Below, in pieces: positions 39,850 through 53,850 of a stretch of 64,000 nucleotides of DNA. A model generated the notes under the pieces. The model was given only the letters and a program-made list of their open reading frames with translations, had not been told where the DNA came from and made no database searches. Source of the DNA: the human T2T-CHM13v2.0 reference genome, Homo sapiens; the NCBI RefSeq assembly GCF_009914755.1, contig NC_060939.1; one strand, written 5' to 3'. Each line of letters begins with the position of its first letter. Position 1 is the stretch's first letter. Made by a program: the position numbers and the translations under genes.

Positions 39850-41548
39850 GTAAGAAAGCGCATGAGTCAGGGCTGGGGAGTAGCTGTGTCCCTCTAGCTG
39901 TCCTGGCTGATTCAAACTATGCTTTCCTTGGGAAGACCTCTCTCAGAGCCCTGTCCATTGCCACTGTGAGGCTGGGACTGGATTGAACTGGAATCTCCCC
40001 TGATGCACTGATCCGGCACACTGAGCTAAAAGTGCGGTCTGGACGAAGTTGCAGTTAGAATTCAGGAAAGCCCAGTTCTCTCATGCACCTAAAAGGCAGG
40101 AATAGCATGTAAAAGGAAGAGGGAGCAGAGTGAAGGACAAAGTGGGCGGGCGGCCAGTGCCAACCTGAAAAAGTATCAGGAGGTCTTGTTAGGAAACCCC
40201 CAGTACATCCTGCAAGGACATGGAAGGCTTCTGACAGAGCCATGCCAGCCTCCGTGGCAAGTGAGGGAGGCTGCCAGTGCTGCAAGTGACCCACCAGCCC
40301 TTCACAACTTCCATCCTCGAATGAATGGCTTAGATCCCATCGAGAATGACTCCCCCAGCCTAGTGTGCCTAGTGTGGAGCTGGGTTAGGAAGGCATAAGC
40401 AGAAGACACCAGGCAGGGGTGTAGATAGTCATGGCTGGTGGGCTGCCCACGTGGGAGCCTCAGTTTGTGCAGTTCCTAAGGAGGCGTGACTCGCTACAAA
40501 CCCTAAGGACCAAACCACGGAGCACCAAGAAGTAGGTACAGTGTGTATCTGTCTCTGCTGAGTTCAGGAGCCATGTTTAGAACCATGTAAGGTCTAGGGC
40601 AGGCCTCCATAGTCAGGGACACCCCCAGAAGAGCGTTGATGATGTCTCTCCTCCATCACTACCCTTGCTCTTACCAAACCTAACAAAAGAGATCCAACAG
40701 GCCACCTTTAGATACATAATTCACATAGCTAGAGGAGGAGTGCCAAGCCCTTCATTTGCTGGGCATTCTCAAGTTTTCTCATTCTGTCCTTGCGCAGCCA
40801 TGAGGCTTATGGCCAACAGATTGATCTGAGACCCAGAAAGCTTGTCCCTTGGTTGAAGTCACCCATCTGTTCAGCAACAGAGCTGGATCCAAATCTCAAT
40901 TCTTACTATTCCCAGCTCTGGGCATTTCACTGCCTCCTTCTTAGAAATAAATTATCTTCTGATGCTAAACATTTTAGGTCATTTAAGGGATCATTATTTT
41001 TATTCTTTATCCAGGTAACTGTGGTCAATTCTGAAGTGCATTTTTTGGGAAAGTAGCCAGTCTGGGGTCACTAACATTGAGCTCCCAAAGTCTGAACCCT
41101 TGTAAATAGAGATCAGTGTATCATATGTAGGCCAAGGAAAGACATCTTAGCCAGTCAGCATTCACAGGCAAGAGCCTCTAGCTAGACAGGTTGGGAAATA
41201 GTTAAAGTGTTCAGTCTGTAAGTGTGCCTAGCAGGAAATGGAGGTTAAAGACAGTAACACCAGCAAGGCTTTCCAAAGACCTCTTTTTCATTATGGAACA
41301 GTATATTCTGAGTCATATAGAACCTTGTTATAACTAAAAATTGGACAATAGGGTGCAATCAGTAGATTTAGAAGCCTCAAGTTCAAATCCTGGTTCTGCC
41401 ACCTAAGTAGCTACATGGCCACTGTGTTATCTGGGATGCAGTTTCCTCAGACGTTAAACAGGCAGTTTATTAAGGATGAAATGAGCATGTCTGGAAACCT
41501 AGGGCTTTGTGGCCAAGCTAACATTTGCTGAATGCCTTATTAATATCT

Positions 41549-41830
41549 GCTGAGTGCGGTGGCTCATGCCTGAATCCCAGCACTTTGGGAGGCTGAGGCT
41601 GGTAGATCACTTGAGGTCAGCAGTTCAAGACTAGCCTGGCCAACACTGTGAAACTCCACCTCTATTAAAAATACAAAAATTAGCCAGGCATGGTGGTGGG
41701 TGCCTGTAATCCTAGCTACTCAGGAGGCTGAGGCAGGAGAATTGCTTGAACCCAGGAGGTGGAGGTTGCAGTGAGTCAAGATCACACCACTGCACTCCAG
41801 CTTGGGTGACAAAGCAAGACTCCATCTCAA

Positions 41831-41877
<47 letters not shown>

Positions 41878-41879
41878 AA
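41549..41879 (+). mobile_element. AluS with (TAAA)n tail
   Basis: Sense dimer; about 12 TAAA units at 41829-41879. Confidence 0.9.
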
Positions 41880-43543
41880 TCTGCCACTGGGAAGGTGCCA
41901 TTTCTGGCTGGTGGGTGGTACTTGCTAACGGTGGGCTTGCAGCAGCAGTGGCCTCTGCCTCCTAAATGGGAGCTCTCCCCCTATGCTCCATTTCTCCTTA
42001 TTTTTTCTCTCTCGTGCTTTTGCTGTTGTCTTGTTCATTTTGGGGGAAGGGAGGAGATACAGGGATCCTCGTATTTCCATTTCACTTCTCCCCAGTTCCA
42101 TTTCTTAGTTGAACCGTATTTTCTCCAGCACCTGTGCAGCATTGATAATGTACATGACATCTATGGGTCCAGGCCCTGCACACATGGGCCTCAGGTTGGC
42201 AATCTGTACCTTTGCCCTTGGTGAGTCATTTAACAAGAATGTCACTGTGTGGGGTCTGCCTGCAGCTTTATGTCTGACACGTACAAAGGCCTGGATGGAA
42301 ATGGAGTGAAGGTCTCCCCTTTCATTCTCCAGCAAAAATGCAGCTTATTTAGGGGAGAGGAATTCTTTCTTCGTAAGGAAGGGCAGGTGCCAGCATTTGT
42401 CTTAGGGAGAAGTGTCTCTCAGGGGAAAGGAAAATGGAGCTGTAACAGGGTCACTTCCCTGACTGCATGCCGACTCTAAACCCTATCCCAGTATCCGGGA
42501 ATGAGGTGTTGGATCTGCTCAAGTGCTTCCTTTCTTGTCACTTCCCCTCTCCATGCCCACCTCGTTTGGGTGAGCAAAATAAGACAAGGCTGTCTTGTGT
42601 GTATGGTGTGCCTCTGTCCGAGGGGCGGGCGGGCAGATGGCTGGCCTCTGCCTGAGGGGAGGCCAAGAGGTCCAGGAGCTCTAGGAACATTATAGAAGGT
42701 CTAGGAACTTTCCCAGGCCACACATTCAGAGACTCCTGCTTAGTGGCCACCCAGTCGCTATGTGAACATCAGCCCTGATGGTAAACGGCAGCTTTTTCTG
42801 TAACAGGAAGAAGGGCACTTACTGCCGGGAGACCCACCATCACAGGTCATTCAGGAGGTCACCATCAGATCTCATCTCATGGAGGCTGGAGATCGGAAGG
42901 AGGGAGAGTGACCACTACTTTCTTTGCCAGGGCCTAGGCAAGAACAGATTGCACTTTGTGGCCAGACGTGCTTCTCTGGTGACCATTGACATTTCAGTTG
43001 ATTGATTTTCTGTTATGGATTCTTCCTTGTATTTTTTGTAGAATCAGTACTCTTAAATCTTGTGTGTTACAAACTTGCATGGTTGATATATCTGTTAAAA
43101 GCCTGCCAGCTGAGTTTCTTGTCCTCATTGTATACAATTATTGTCATTGTAGTTTGTAACTATGGTAGATATATCAATGTCCTAGTTCTCTAAGGCCATT
43201 CGGAGGTTTAGGGTAGTTGGTACTAAAATGAAATCACTAATAGGAAGAAAAGCTAAATGATAGTAAAACTATTCCTATAAAAGAAACAGAATCCATCTCA
43301 TCTTTTGCGATAAGGATTTTTCCCCCTTGAGACTGAAAAGATCCAAATATATTTTAAAGATAAAATTGTCAAAAGTTAGCAACTAAGTATGAGAAGCAAT
43401 GAAAAGCAAGATTAAAAGTTACCTCCAAAGTTCTCCAGCTCCAAGATTAGGATCACGGTAATGCTATTGACAGGGCAAGGCAGAAGAAAGGGAGATTTTA
43501 TAGATAAATCTATAAAATTTACAATGTGCCTAAGTTTAATTAG

Positions 43544-43928
<385 letters not shown>

Positions 43929-44689
43929 AATATGGGGTTTTATTAAGAGCATACAGTATAGACATAAAAGAATAGAGTCAAGGCTAGATCTTGAGAAAAC
44001 ATGAACCAGTAGAAGGCAGGAAAAAAACTGGAGAAATAATGGAAAAAAGGGGACTTCAGAAATATTCGCTGAAAGAAGGGGAATACAAGAAAAAGACTTA
44101 TCATTTGGGCTTTATGGTTGATTCATTAAGTCATTGTTTATTTTATTGACTTCCTTCTATAGACCACACAAAAGAAATATAAGCTAAGCACATAATGGCC
44201 CTTGCCTTCAAGTAGCTCCTAATCCATTTATAATCTAGTTAGTCTCCCTCAGTGGTCTTGGTTGTTGTTTATAGAATGTTAAAGAGTGAAACAATCAAAG
44301 ATAAAACTATCAAAAAAAAAAAAGAATTTTCCCCCTTGAGGGTGACAAGTGCTGATGGCTCTGACATCCAAGGATGTGAATGAAATAGCATTATGTATTT
44401 ATTTATTTGTTCATGTTCATATATTTTTTTCCTTAAAAAGCAAGACAGTCTTTGAAGAGTATTTTCTATTAAAAATATAGGCCGAAAACAAGCCTCTTTC
44501 TAGGGAATTATCATAAACATATAAAAAATACAAGTTCCTGGTGAAAAATTATAGAAACCCTCACAACAGTATTCGGTCACCTAAATTGTGGTGACATAGG
44601 TCATTGTCTTAGGTCTGCTGCCAAAAATAAATTCACGTTCACACAGTTAGCTTTAACTCCTAGAAATCTGGGTTAAAATAAGGATAAGA

Positions 44690-44998
44690 AAGAGGAGTAT
44701 TGTTTCACACTGAGAGTCCTGCAAGCCGCAAGACTGACCGGCCAGTGCTGTATGAAGGTCCAACAAGAAATGAGGAAAATGAGAATGCCCAAGCCTGGGA
44801 AGTAGTGTTCGTTTTCAGAGGGGATTCTAATGACAATCAGAAAATGAAAGCCAAATTGCTAATCTAGAGAAGACATCAGAATTTTGTTGAAATTCTTTTT
44901 GGGGTAGAAGAAAAGAATATCTACTAAAATTTGATTAGTTATTTGCAGGTGATAGATTTAAAAAGCAATTAAAAACTGGAGATTTTTATTCTGTCTGT

Positions 44999-45049
<51 letters not shown>

Positions 45050-45330
45050 TCGCTCTGCCCTTCACTCTGTTCTTTGGTCTCTGCAGAAAGACTCTGTATG
45101 ATCATATGACCATGGCCTCTCCATTCTGAAAAAGAGTTGACTAAAACCAGACTGTACCTGTAGATCTTAGGGTAGTCTTCCTGAAATGCTTGAAAAATTG
45201 ATCCCGTTTTTAACAATTCAAGGAGAATCGATGGAGATTCCTGAGAGCTGAAGAAAGGTCAGATAATTGTTCATTTTTTACAAAAAGGGAAAGAGAAAAT
45301 TCCAGAAATCAAGGTTTAGAAAAAGTGTCC
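44690..45330 (+). mobile_element. Probable L3/CR1 LINE ORF2 relic, interrupted by (CA)n
   Basis: Degenerate translation EIPES*RK...FIFYKKGKR at about 45234-45300 resembles the CR1 RT motif EVPEDWK...PIFKKGKK; heavily decayed. Confidence 0.4.
45001..45044 (+). repeat. (CA)22 microsatellite
   Basis: Direct reading. Confidence 0.97.
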
Positions 45331-47627
45331 AGCAATCTGCAGAAATAAGTTGAGGTCATTTTCAGGTGGTACATGGAGAATCGGGGATCCTCTTCAGTGA
45401 GCTGCTTTTCTTAAATCTCGGCACATAAAAATATGCATGAGTTTATGGTGTCTTAGCCTTGTTCTGTTAAAATATCTAGAGCCAAGGATTCTTAGGCTTT
45501 TTTGGCTGGTTTGTATCTTTTAGTTTTTCTTTGGAAAATGCTTAAATAAATACAGAAGCTAATAGCAGCATCCATGTACCCATCATCTATGATTGACTAA
45601 TTTTGTTAACAGTTTATCCTATTTGCTTCAGATGCTTATATTTTAAACAAACATACCAATAATAATACATTTTGTATCTGTTCCCACTCCTATTCTCTCT
45701 TTGCCTGTGTTACAGATGCCAATGACTATCATGATTTCAGCATTCTTCATCTTTTGTGGGTCATGGGCCCCTTTGAGCTAAAAGCCCGGGGTCATTTCTT
45801 GCCTTCTGCAACCGTCATCAAAGAAACATCAGCACAGACACACAGGTTGATCCCCAAACTGTTAAGAGGAGTCACAGACCCACAAAACCTAGTTAGAACC
45901 TTTTGGTATTTAGAGACTCCAAATGGAAAACCCCCGCCTGGGGAATCCTTTAGAGAATTCAGTTAACTCTCAACAAACATAGGATCTAATTTCGACAGAG
46001 CCATCTCCCCGCTGCCCCGAGAGCTGCTTTATGATGTTTTAGAGATGTCCATTTGAATGATGGTGGCCTCCTGCATTTGCTGTTTGCTCGTTTATCATAG
46101 AGGATTTGTATTGCAGGACAAAAAGCCGCTACTTTGCCTCTGCAACTATCACAGTTCAATATTTCTGCAAAACCAGTTTGAGATCTTTGGCAGGGCTAAA
46201 ATTATCCTTGCTTCCACTGGCAGAGCTTTAATTTGGATCTGTCTGTTGTCTGCTATCAGAAATCATGTTGACTTAATGGCAGAATAAAAATAGAACTCCT
46301 CTTCTCCTCCGTTATCTAAAGCTCGGGTTCTTTATCAGGGCTGTTCCCTGTCTGAGGGCTGTCATGTTGTACACTTCTCACTGAAGGCCCTCCTTTTAGA
46401 GACAGAAGTCTTTCATCATTCCACTCTGTGGGAATGTTGGTAGAAGTATGTGAACAAACATCCTTCCCTTGTCTTGAGCTTAGGGGAAAATCATTCAGTC
46501 TTTTGCCATTAATTATGAGTGTCCGCACCATACCTTTAACCCTTTGCTTATTCATGCTGTGTTGGCCACTTTAGAGAAACCATTTAACAATGCCTATGGA
46601 CTGCTTAGCTACTGAGATCCTGAGCCATAACTATTAATAACCTGGTAGTCGTACAGCATATATTGTTGCAGACAAATATGGTACAAGCCTTTTGCAATTA
46701 AGTGGTGACAAATGCCACCATCTAAGTCTAGAGCAGTGGTTTACAACTATGGCCACATGAGTCACCCAGGGAACTTAAAAAATTCTTATGCCCAGGCTAC
46801 ACACCAGAAGAATTTTATCAGTAGCTCTTTATATATATATATTAATTTATATAACCTCACCACAGCTCTATAAAGGAAGACTGTTGTGGTCGCTTAATAA
46901 ACTGAGGCTTAGAGAGAGGATAAGTACCTGTACACAGGTACATTGATATTGACTGCTGAACCTATGCCTAACTAAATTGCCTGCCCACTGGCTGTCTTGG
47001 AAAGTAAAAGGCATTTATCCCCTTCCTTCTATTTCTCCATGGCTCTAGTGTTCTTTTGGAACTGGTCTAGGAAGCCATCATAGTAGGACTTGTCCCAATA
47101 ATGTATTGGTTTGCTTTTCACTCATTAATTCATTTGTTCATTCAAAGGTCTATGCTGAGTTCTTAATATCTGCAGAATGATATATATATAGGCCCTAGTG
47201 TGAGAGAGTGAGAATCACAGAGCACCTGGAATCATCATGGAACAGTAGCAAATATGAAAGAAGTATAAAAGATTATAAGAGGAGGGAAGATGAGGATAGA
47301 TACATGTGAAGTAGTGCTCAAAGATTATTGACTAATCCATTTGTGCGTACGCATAATGTCATCTGTACACTGCCGTGTCTAGGGCTGGTCATGGTGTAAC
47401 CCATTGACTCCTCTCATCGGTTTTTTTCTAAGCTTTCTTTATAGTCATGGTGCAAAGGGGTTAGTCCTGGGGTCTAAAAACCATCTTTCCAGATTCCTGA
47501 GAAAGACTGTGCTACCTGGGCAGGGGAAAGGAGTGTGGGGCACCAAGAAGGGAATTCACATTTAATGAATGTCTATTGTGTTCCAAGCATTGTGAGAAAT
47601 ACTCCCCATGTGTTATTCCATTCTATC

Positions 47628-47922
47628 TTTTTTTTTTTTTTTTTTTTTTGAGATGGAGTCTCACTCTGTGGTCCAGGCTGGAGTGCAATGGTGCAATCTT
47701 GGCTCACTGCAACCTCTGTTGAGGCAGTTCTCCTGCCTCAACCTCCTGAATAGCTGGGATTAGAGGCACCCGCCACCACACCCAGCTAATTTTTATATTT
47801 TTAATAGAGACGGAGCTTCACCATGTTGGCCGGGCTGGTCTCTAACTCCTGACCTCAGATGATCTACCCGCCCGAGCCTCCCAAAGTGCTGGGATTACAA
47901 GCATGAGCCACTGCGCCCAGCC
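47628..47922 (-). mobile_element. AluS inserted in a MIR
   Basis: Antisense dimer; MIR motifs (ttacagatgagaaaac) flank it. Confidence 0.88.
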
Positions 47923-48643
47923 TCCGTTTGATCTTTGTGCCAGCCCTGAGACATAGGCATTATCCCAGCTTTACAGATGAGAAAACAGGTTTAAAACCGG
48001 TAATGGATGAAGCCAGGTTTGAACACAAGTTTGTTCATTTCCAAAGCTGATGCTTTGTCCCCTACTCAGAGGCTCCAAAATTGTGCAGAGATAGACAGCA
48101 GTTATACTTCTCTCCTGACTGTCTGAACATTTCTAAATCTGAAGATCACCATTGGGAAACGTGAGAAAGAGATAACAGAAAAGAGCACTGGAAGAAGAAT
48201 TTCAACATGAGGAAGGGATAGGATGGTGTGCACTAGAATTTAGATCCCTGGTGGAAGATGGGGAAGAGCTCTTATCCTGTGTCGTGGTTCCATTCATGGA
48301 TGAGTTTGAGAAGAAATCAGCTGGGGATGTCTTAAAGGTGTTTAGTATTCTCAGTACCTTTTTTTAAATCCATAAAAAACAGAAAGCAAAAGACAATTTT
48401 TGAAAACTTTTGAACTAATTCAAAAGAGAGGGCAAATCCTCAGGACTTCTCCCAGGAGAGCTTGCAGTCAAAACTCTGGAAATGGATTGTTTTCTCAAGA
48501 ATGATCCTCCTGAGCAGTTAGTTGTTGCTCACTTAGGGATTTTGTCTCAAGGACTTGAGTGACGTGTTTCCTCTGGTCCTTTATTTTGTCACAAGTACTG
48601 ATTGGCCCATAGCTTGGGGCTTTTGCCTTTACTCAGCATGTTC

Positions 48644-48968
48644 TTTTTTTTTTTATTTTTATTTATTTATTTATTTATTTTAAAGACTGACTCAATCTCT
48701 CTGGCCAAGGCTGGAGTGCAGTGATGCAACCACTGCTCACTGCAGCCTTGACCTCCTGTGCTCAAGAGATCTTCCCACCTCAGCCTCCTGAGTAGTTGGG
48801 ACTACAGGTGTGTGCCACCATGCCCAGCCAATTTTTAATTTTTTTTTAATTAGAGATGAGGTCTTGCTATGTTGACCAGGCTGGTCTTGAACTCCTGGGC
48901 TCAAGCAGCCCTCCCACCTCGGCCTCCCAAAGTGCTTGGATTACAGGTGTGAGCCACTGTACCCAGCC
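48644..48968 (-). mobile_element. AluJ
   Basis: Diverged antisense dimer; TSD atgttctt. Confidence 0.85.
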
Positions 48969-49324
48969 AGAATGTTCTTACAGTTTGGTTAAATTTCAGG
49001 TGCATGTGTGTGTTTTATGTACAAATAAAGGACAAATGAAGGTCCAAATAGAAAACAAGGACTTTGTCTCCTTTATGATCTTTAGGAGCTATGTCAGGAG
49101 GGACCTTAGAGGCACCACTGGTTCCCAACCTTTTATTTCTCACATGGGGAGATTGAAACCCAGTGAGTCGTAAGGGTTTTCCACAAGGCTCTGAAGTCAC
49201 TTGGGACAGAGATGCAACTTAAAACCAGGCTGCCTGACTCCACATCCAGCAAGAGGAGTGTGCTTCTTTCCTGTCCCAGTGGTTACTATCCCCCTCATGC
49301 CTCTGACTTGTTCTTCACCTGTAG

Positions 49325-49430
49325 ATTCTTCAGAAACCAACCCCAGAATTCAAGCAGCAGCTGGCCGCTTTCTCCAAGCGAGTCGCCGGCGCTGTGACAG
49401 AGCTCATCCAGGCGGCGGAAGCCATGAAAG
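49325..49430 (+). CDS. TLN2: Talin-2 coding exon (window exon 12), R12; ILQKPTPEFKQQLAAFSKRVAGAVTELIQAAEAMK(G)
   Basis: cttcacctgtag| acceptor, AAG|GTAGGC donor; 106 nt, phase 0-1. Confidence 0.96.
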
Positions 49431-50294
49431 GTAGGCTGGATTCTCACGTCTTGGTGGAGGGCAACCCTCCCAGGCAGTGCTAATACAGCAGACTGAGCAG
49501 AGGAAAAGCACAGACGGCAATGGCCTTTAGCTGGCAGATGCAGCCAGGAATACAGTGAGGACTTTCTGCAAGCAAATGGGTTTAGAGTTAACTTGAAAAA
49601 GAAACATCCTCCCTGAAGCAAGTCTTTTCTCTAGTCTTTGTATTAAGTGCTTCTACTTAAATGGTATCCTCCACCTAGAACCTACTCACTTTCCTTGGAG
49701 TCTCCCCATTTCTTTTTTGTCTGCATTTTCATTCATCAGGATATTTATTCTCCTTCAAATAGTACTTCATGTTTTGAAAATGATGCTACCTGAAAACATT
49801 GTTTGGACACCCTTTATGTTTACATAGAAGCAATCAACCCACCTGGGAAAGGTCTTCTCACCAATTTCCTTTACTTTGAATTAAGGTGAGGGGTCAGTCC
49901 TCCTGGGTTCCAGGGAGAAGAGAATGGCAAATTCCTGTGTGATGTACAGCATAGTGTAGTGTCTCCTGAGGATGCTTACTTAGATTCATGAGCTTTAAGT
50001 TCAAAGTCAGAGCAAAGCTCAAGCCTTGGTCCGTGAGATCATTTTTGAAGCTGCTTGGTGACTGCTCTGTGGAAGGGCCATACATGCAACTGATTTAGAA
50101 AACCAGGATTAGCACCCCCACCCCCCACCCCCATCCAGATGGCCTTTATGAGAGACGGAAGGAAGGTTCCTTAGGACAATGCAGGTCAGGCTCCTGGAGC
50201 CTTCATGCATGCAAATCCAGATAGTGTTTTTAATTAAGCCAGTGCCCTGAGGTCTGCAGCTATGAAGAATCACCTTCTTTTGGACTGATTCTAG

Positions 50295-50419
50295 GAACAG
50301 AGTGGGTGGATCCAGAAGACCCAACTGTCATTGCAGAAACAGAGTTACTGGGGGCTGCAGCATCCATCGAAGCTGCTGCTAAGAAGTTAGAGCAACTGAA
50401 GCCAAGAGCAAAACCAAAA
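50295..50419 (+). CDS. TLN2: Talin-2 coding exon (window exon 13), start of R13; (G)TEWVDPEDPTVIAETELLG...KPRAKPK
   Basis: gattctag| acceptor, AAA|GTAAGT donor; 125 nt, phase 1-0. Confidence 0.97.
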
Positions 50420-53400
50420 GTAAGTGTTCATTTATGGTTGGCTGTCCGATGTCAGTGGGTTCTTCCAGTGGGTGGCTGTGAAATGGAGCTAGGAGTGCTG
50501 CAGGGAGCTTGGCTCCTTCCTTATGGTCAGACTAGCAAGCAGAAAACCGGATCTACCTGCCCGGCACTGCTTTAGAGTATGGGGGTAAAAAAATGGCTGA
50601 TGAGTCTTTCAAGTTAACCACCCAGAAAAATTCCTCTGAGTATCCAAAGGAAGAATTGGGGCATTTGCAGTCTTGATTTAGTTCATTATCTAAAGCAGGT
50701 GTTGGATGCTTTCTGTCAGAAGTTGCTGTTACTGGAGAGGAGATTGTTAGCCTCCAATTTTCTGGTTTCTCTTTTGCTTTTTACAAAGAAATAGCACTGC
50801 TGGGAATCAGAGGGCAATGAGAACTTCAAAAGTGCACCCACTCCAGGCTTTGTCAGTATATGCTGGAGAGGATGGGTAGCTGGTATGTTTTTTCCTTCTG
50901 TGTTTGTCATGTAGATAAATGTTTAAAACTTAAGATTATAGGTATATGTGAAGAGAAATAGCCATTTAAAGGAAAGAGATACTTTTAGATTAGGCAGGAG
51001 GAAGGACACTTTCTAAATAAAAGGATGACAAGCTAGTGCTGTCTCCAGGGGCAAAGCCCCAATCCTGTTAAGCTAATACCTCCTACCCCACCTTCCATAG
51101 CTGTCTTCAGCAGGAAAATGGTAGAACCAGAGGCGGCCTGTTTTTCTTCCTATTCAAGTAAGTCCCTGGTGGTGCATGTAACTCATCTATTTCCAAGGAC
51201 CCAGATATACTAGGAAATAATATTTGGCTTTTCCCCTCAAAAAAGGGCTGGATTCCACCAATTTAGGTATACCTAAAAATTTACCTATTTTTGTAAGACC
51301 AAGGGATGGAGTCTGGGCCCTGAAACAGAGCAGACCACTCAAAAGCAGTGCCTGGGCCAGTGTAGTGTATGAAATAAACACAGACTGAGTCTGTTCAGCT
51401 TGGGAACATTATTAAAACCTTCGAGTGCTTAGAACCAACCTCCTAATAGTCGCTCTGGACTTGGTAAAGGCACTTAAACGTTTTCTCATCAAGATGTAAC
51501 TTAAGGATTTGGGCTTCTGATTGTGGGGTTTACCAGGGCTCTCTCTGCTGGACTCTACCTGGGAGTCTTGGGTTGCCTGATATTGTCAGAGTAAGAGCCA
51601 AGTGTGGGTGTTGGGACAACTCCATTTTCTGGTTACGCCTTTGTTTCTGCTTTGTCAGTCAAGTTAATCGTGAATGAAAAGTGTACTTTAAACTTAAGAG
51701 TCAACCATTAACTAAGATTTAGAGGTTTGGTGCATGATGTTTTTCCATTTCCTTGTCTGATTTATCACGATGGCCTTTCTTGGGGAGGGCTCTGTCCGCT
51801 AATGCCGAAGCCATGTCAGTTGACACATTCGTTCTCCTGGAGAATTAGCCTGGTGCTAATTTAACATTAACACTTCACCATATTCTAAGAGCTCCTGTTT
51901 CAATGTCTTTCCCTTTGTCCTTCCGCAGGGTCCTTCTGAGCTCTTGTCTGAGTCCTGGTTTCCCCGTGTCTGGTCGTTCACTTCACGACTCCAGATGGGA
52001 AAACAAAATTATTAAAGTTCCTACCCCATAGGATTATTGTTATAATAATTAAATAAGATAGTATAAGAACACTGCCTGACATACAGTGAGACTTGGTAGA
52101 TAGTAACTATATCACCATTATTATCACCATCATCACTGAAAATGTGTGTCTGGGACTTACTCCCTAGGAAATGCCTGAAATAAAAATTATTCCACTGGCC
52201 CCTGAAGAAAGAAAACCAGGAAGCTCGCGTTGTTCAGCTGCCAAGCCTGTGCCAGGCAGTCTTCTGGGTACTTTATGGGAGTCACTCATCTGATCCTTGG
52301 AAAAAGTCCATTAGAATCAGAAGCACCAAGAGGCGAATTACCTTGCCAGGGTCCGACCACTGTCACTCAGCTGGGAGGGCTATGTATGGCCCTGGGTGGC
52401 AGTTTCAGTCCATACCAGCCCCTGTTTCCCACCCCATTGTCAGAGAAGGCTTGTCTAGTCCCACAAAGGCCATTTGTAGTTTATGTGTGCCCTTAGAGCT
52501 ACTCCTCGAAGGAATATTATGCAGCTATAATATTATGCAGCTATGAAAAATAATGGTTGCTAGGACTGTGTAGCACGAAGAAAATGCTCATGGTATAACA
52601 GAAAGGATGCAGAATTATGTACTTATTATGATTACAACTCTAAAAACTCACAGATGAAGAAAATAAGTAGGGAATGTACAAGAATGATGATGGAATTGGG
52701 ATGATGGAAGGGTCTGTGTTTTAACATTTTATAAAACAAAGGTTTAAAAAATAACAGCACCTTAAAAATTAATGACTGCTGAAGTAGGCCTGTGAGGACT
52801 CCCTACAGTACTCTAGGATCATATAGCCTTTGTGTTTACATTGAGGGTTTTTACAGGAAAGCCAAGGAGTCCTTCGGCCAAGGTCAAGGTTAACATAACT
52901 GATGATGTGAATCCTTTGTTTGAGGGTTCCTACCTTAGCTCACTCCCATCGTATTAGGAAGGGTGATGGGTACTTCTAGAATGCTTCACAATGGTCTGAA
53001 GTCTTTCTCTGCCTGATGGCCAGAGGTGGATATTATCTATGAAACTGTTTTGGAAAACCTGCAACCCAAACCATAGTTTTTGTGCCTAATAGGGCACATT
53101 GCAATAACTTTTGCATGAAATATCTTCCTTGCCTTTATAAAGGAATTTATTTCCCCAATTAAAAAACAATAACAACAATCTGCACCAAAATCAGCCAGTC
53201 TTTTGAGTTGAATCACTTCTCTCCATTCTCTCCCAAAACCTTAAAAAAATCCTCAGGGTACTGTCAGTAAACAATTGCTTATTACATCCCTATAACCCTA
53301 CCCTGGTACACACACATGCCTTCAGTATAAAATGGATGTGTGTTCCTTCTGGGGAGTATTCACACTGCTTTCAGGAAGAGTTTGGGGAGAGACAGTAATT

Positions 53401-53765
53401 TTGTCTAAAATGCTCTGCTCACCACCGTCTCAGGTTGCCTGTTTTTAAAGGAGAATGGCTCATGGTCTTTGATGATGATTCTGGTACATTTCCACCTCAG
53501 GCTCTTAAAACTTAAGCATCACTTTTTGCCTGGGATCTCCCAGACATGCACCGTTGAATCTGCTGTTCACCTGGGGAGATGAGAATGTCAGTGAGCGCTG
53601 GTGCATGTGCTGACAGTATTGTTAATGGCGCCGTTTCCACATCTGCAGGCAGACTTGTGCTCCAAAGACAGTTATCGGAGTTGCTGCAAAAGTGACCACC
53701 CCCTGCAGCCGTAACCTTCAATACTGTGCCTAGTCTCGAGCTCAGTCAAACCTGGATGCCTTTTC

Positions 53766-53850
53766 TGCAGGCCTCTGTGTGATATGTTTGATATATTAGG
53801 TTGTTATTTAATCCAACTATATATCAAACATATTCCTACAGTGTCTTGCC
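53766..53850 (+). ncRNA. MIR190A: pre-miR-190a hairpin; 5p mature UGAUAUGUUUGAUAUAUUAGGU (53780-53801), 3p arm about 53817-53837
   Basis: Recognised mature miR-190 sequence with complementary 3p arm (CTATATATCAAACATATTCC). Basal UG at -14 (53766-67), apical UGU (53802-04), CNNC (CTCC, 53855-58). Known intronic position in TLN2. Confidence 0.97.

Noticed and set aside
52513-52544. Perfect 16-bp tandem duplication aatattatgcagctat x2
   Set aside because: Ordinary slippage duplication in an old L1-like fragment; two units only, no array.
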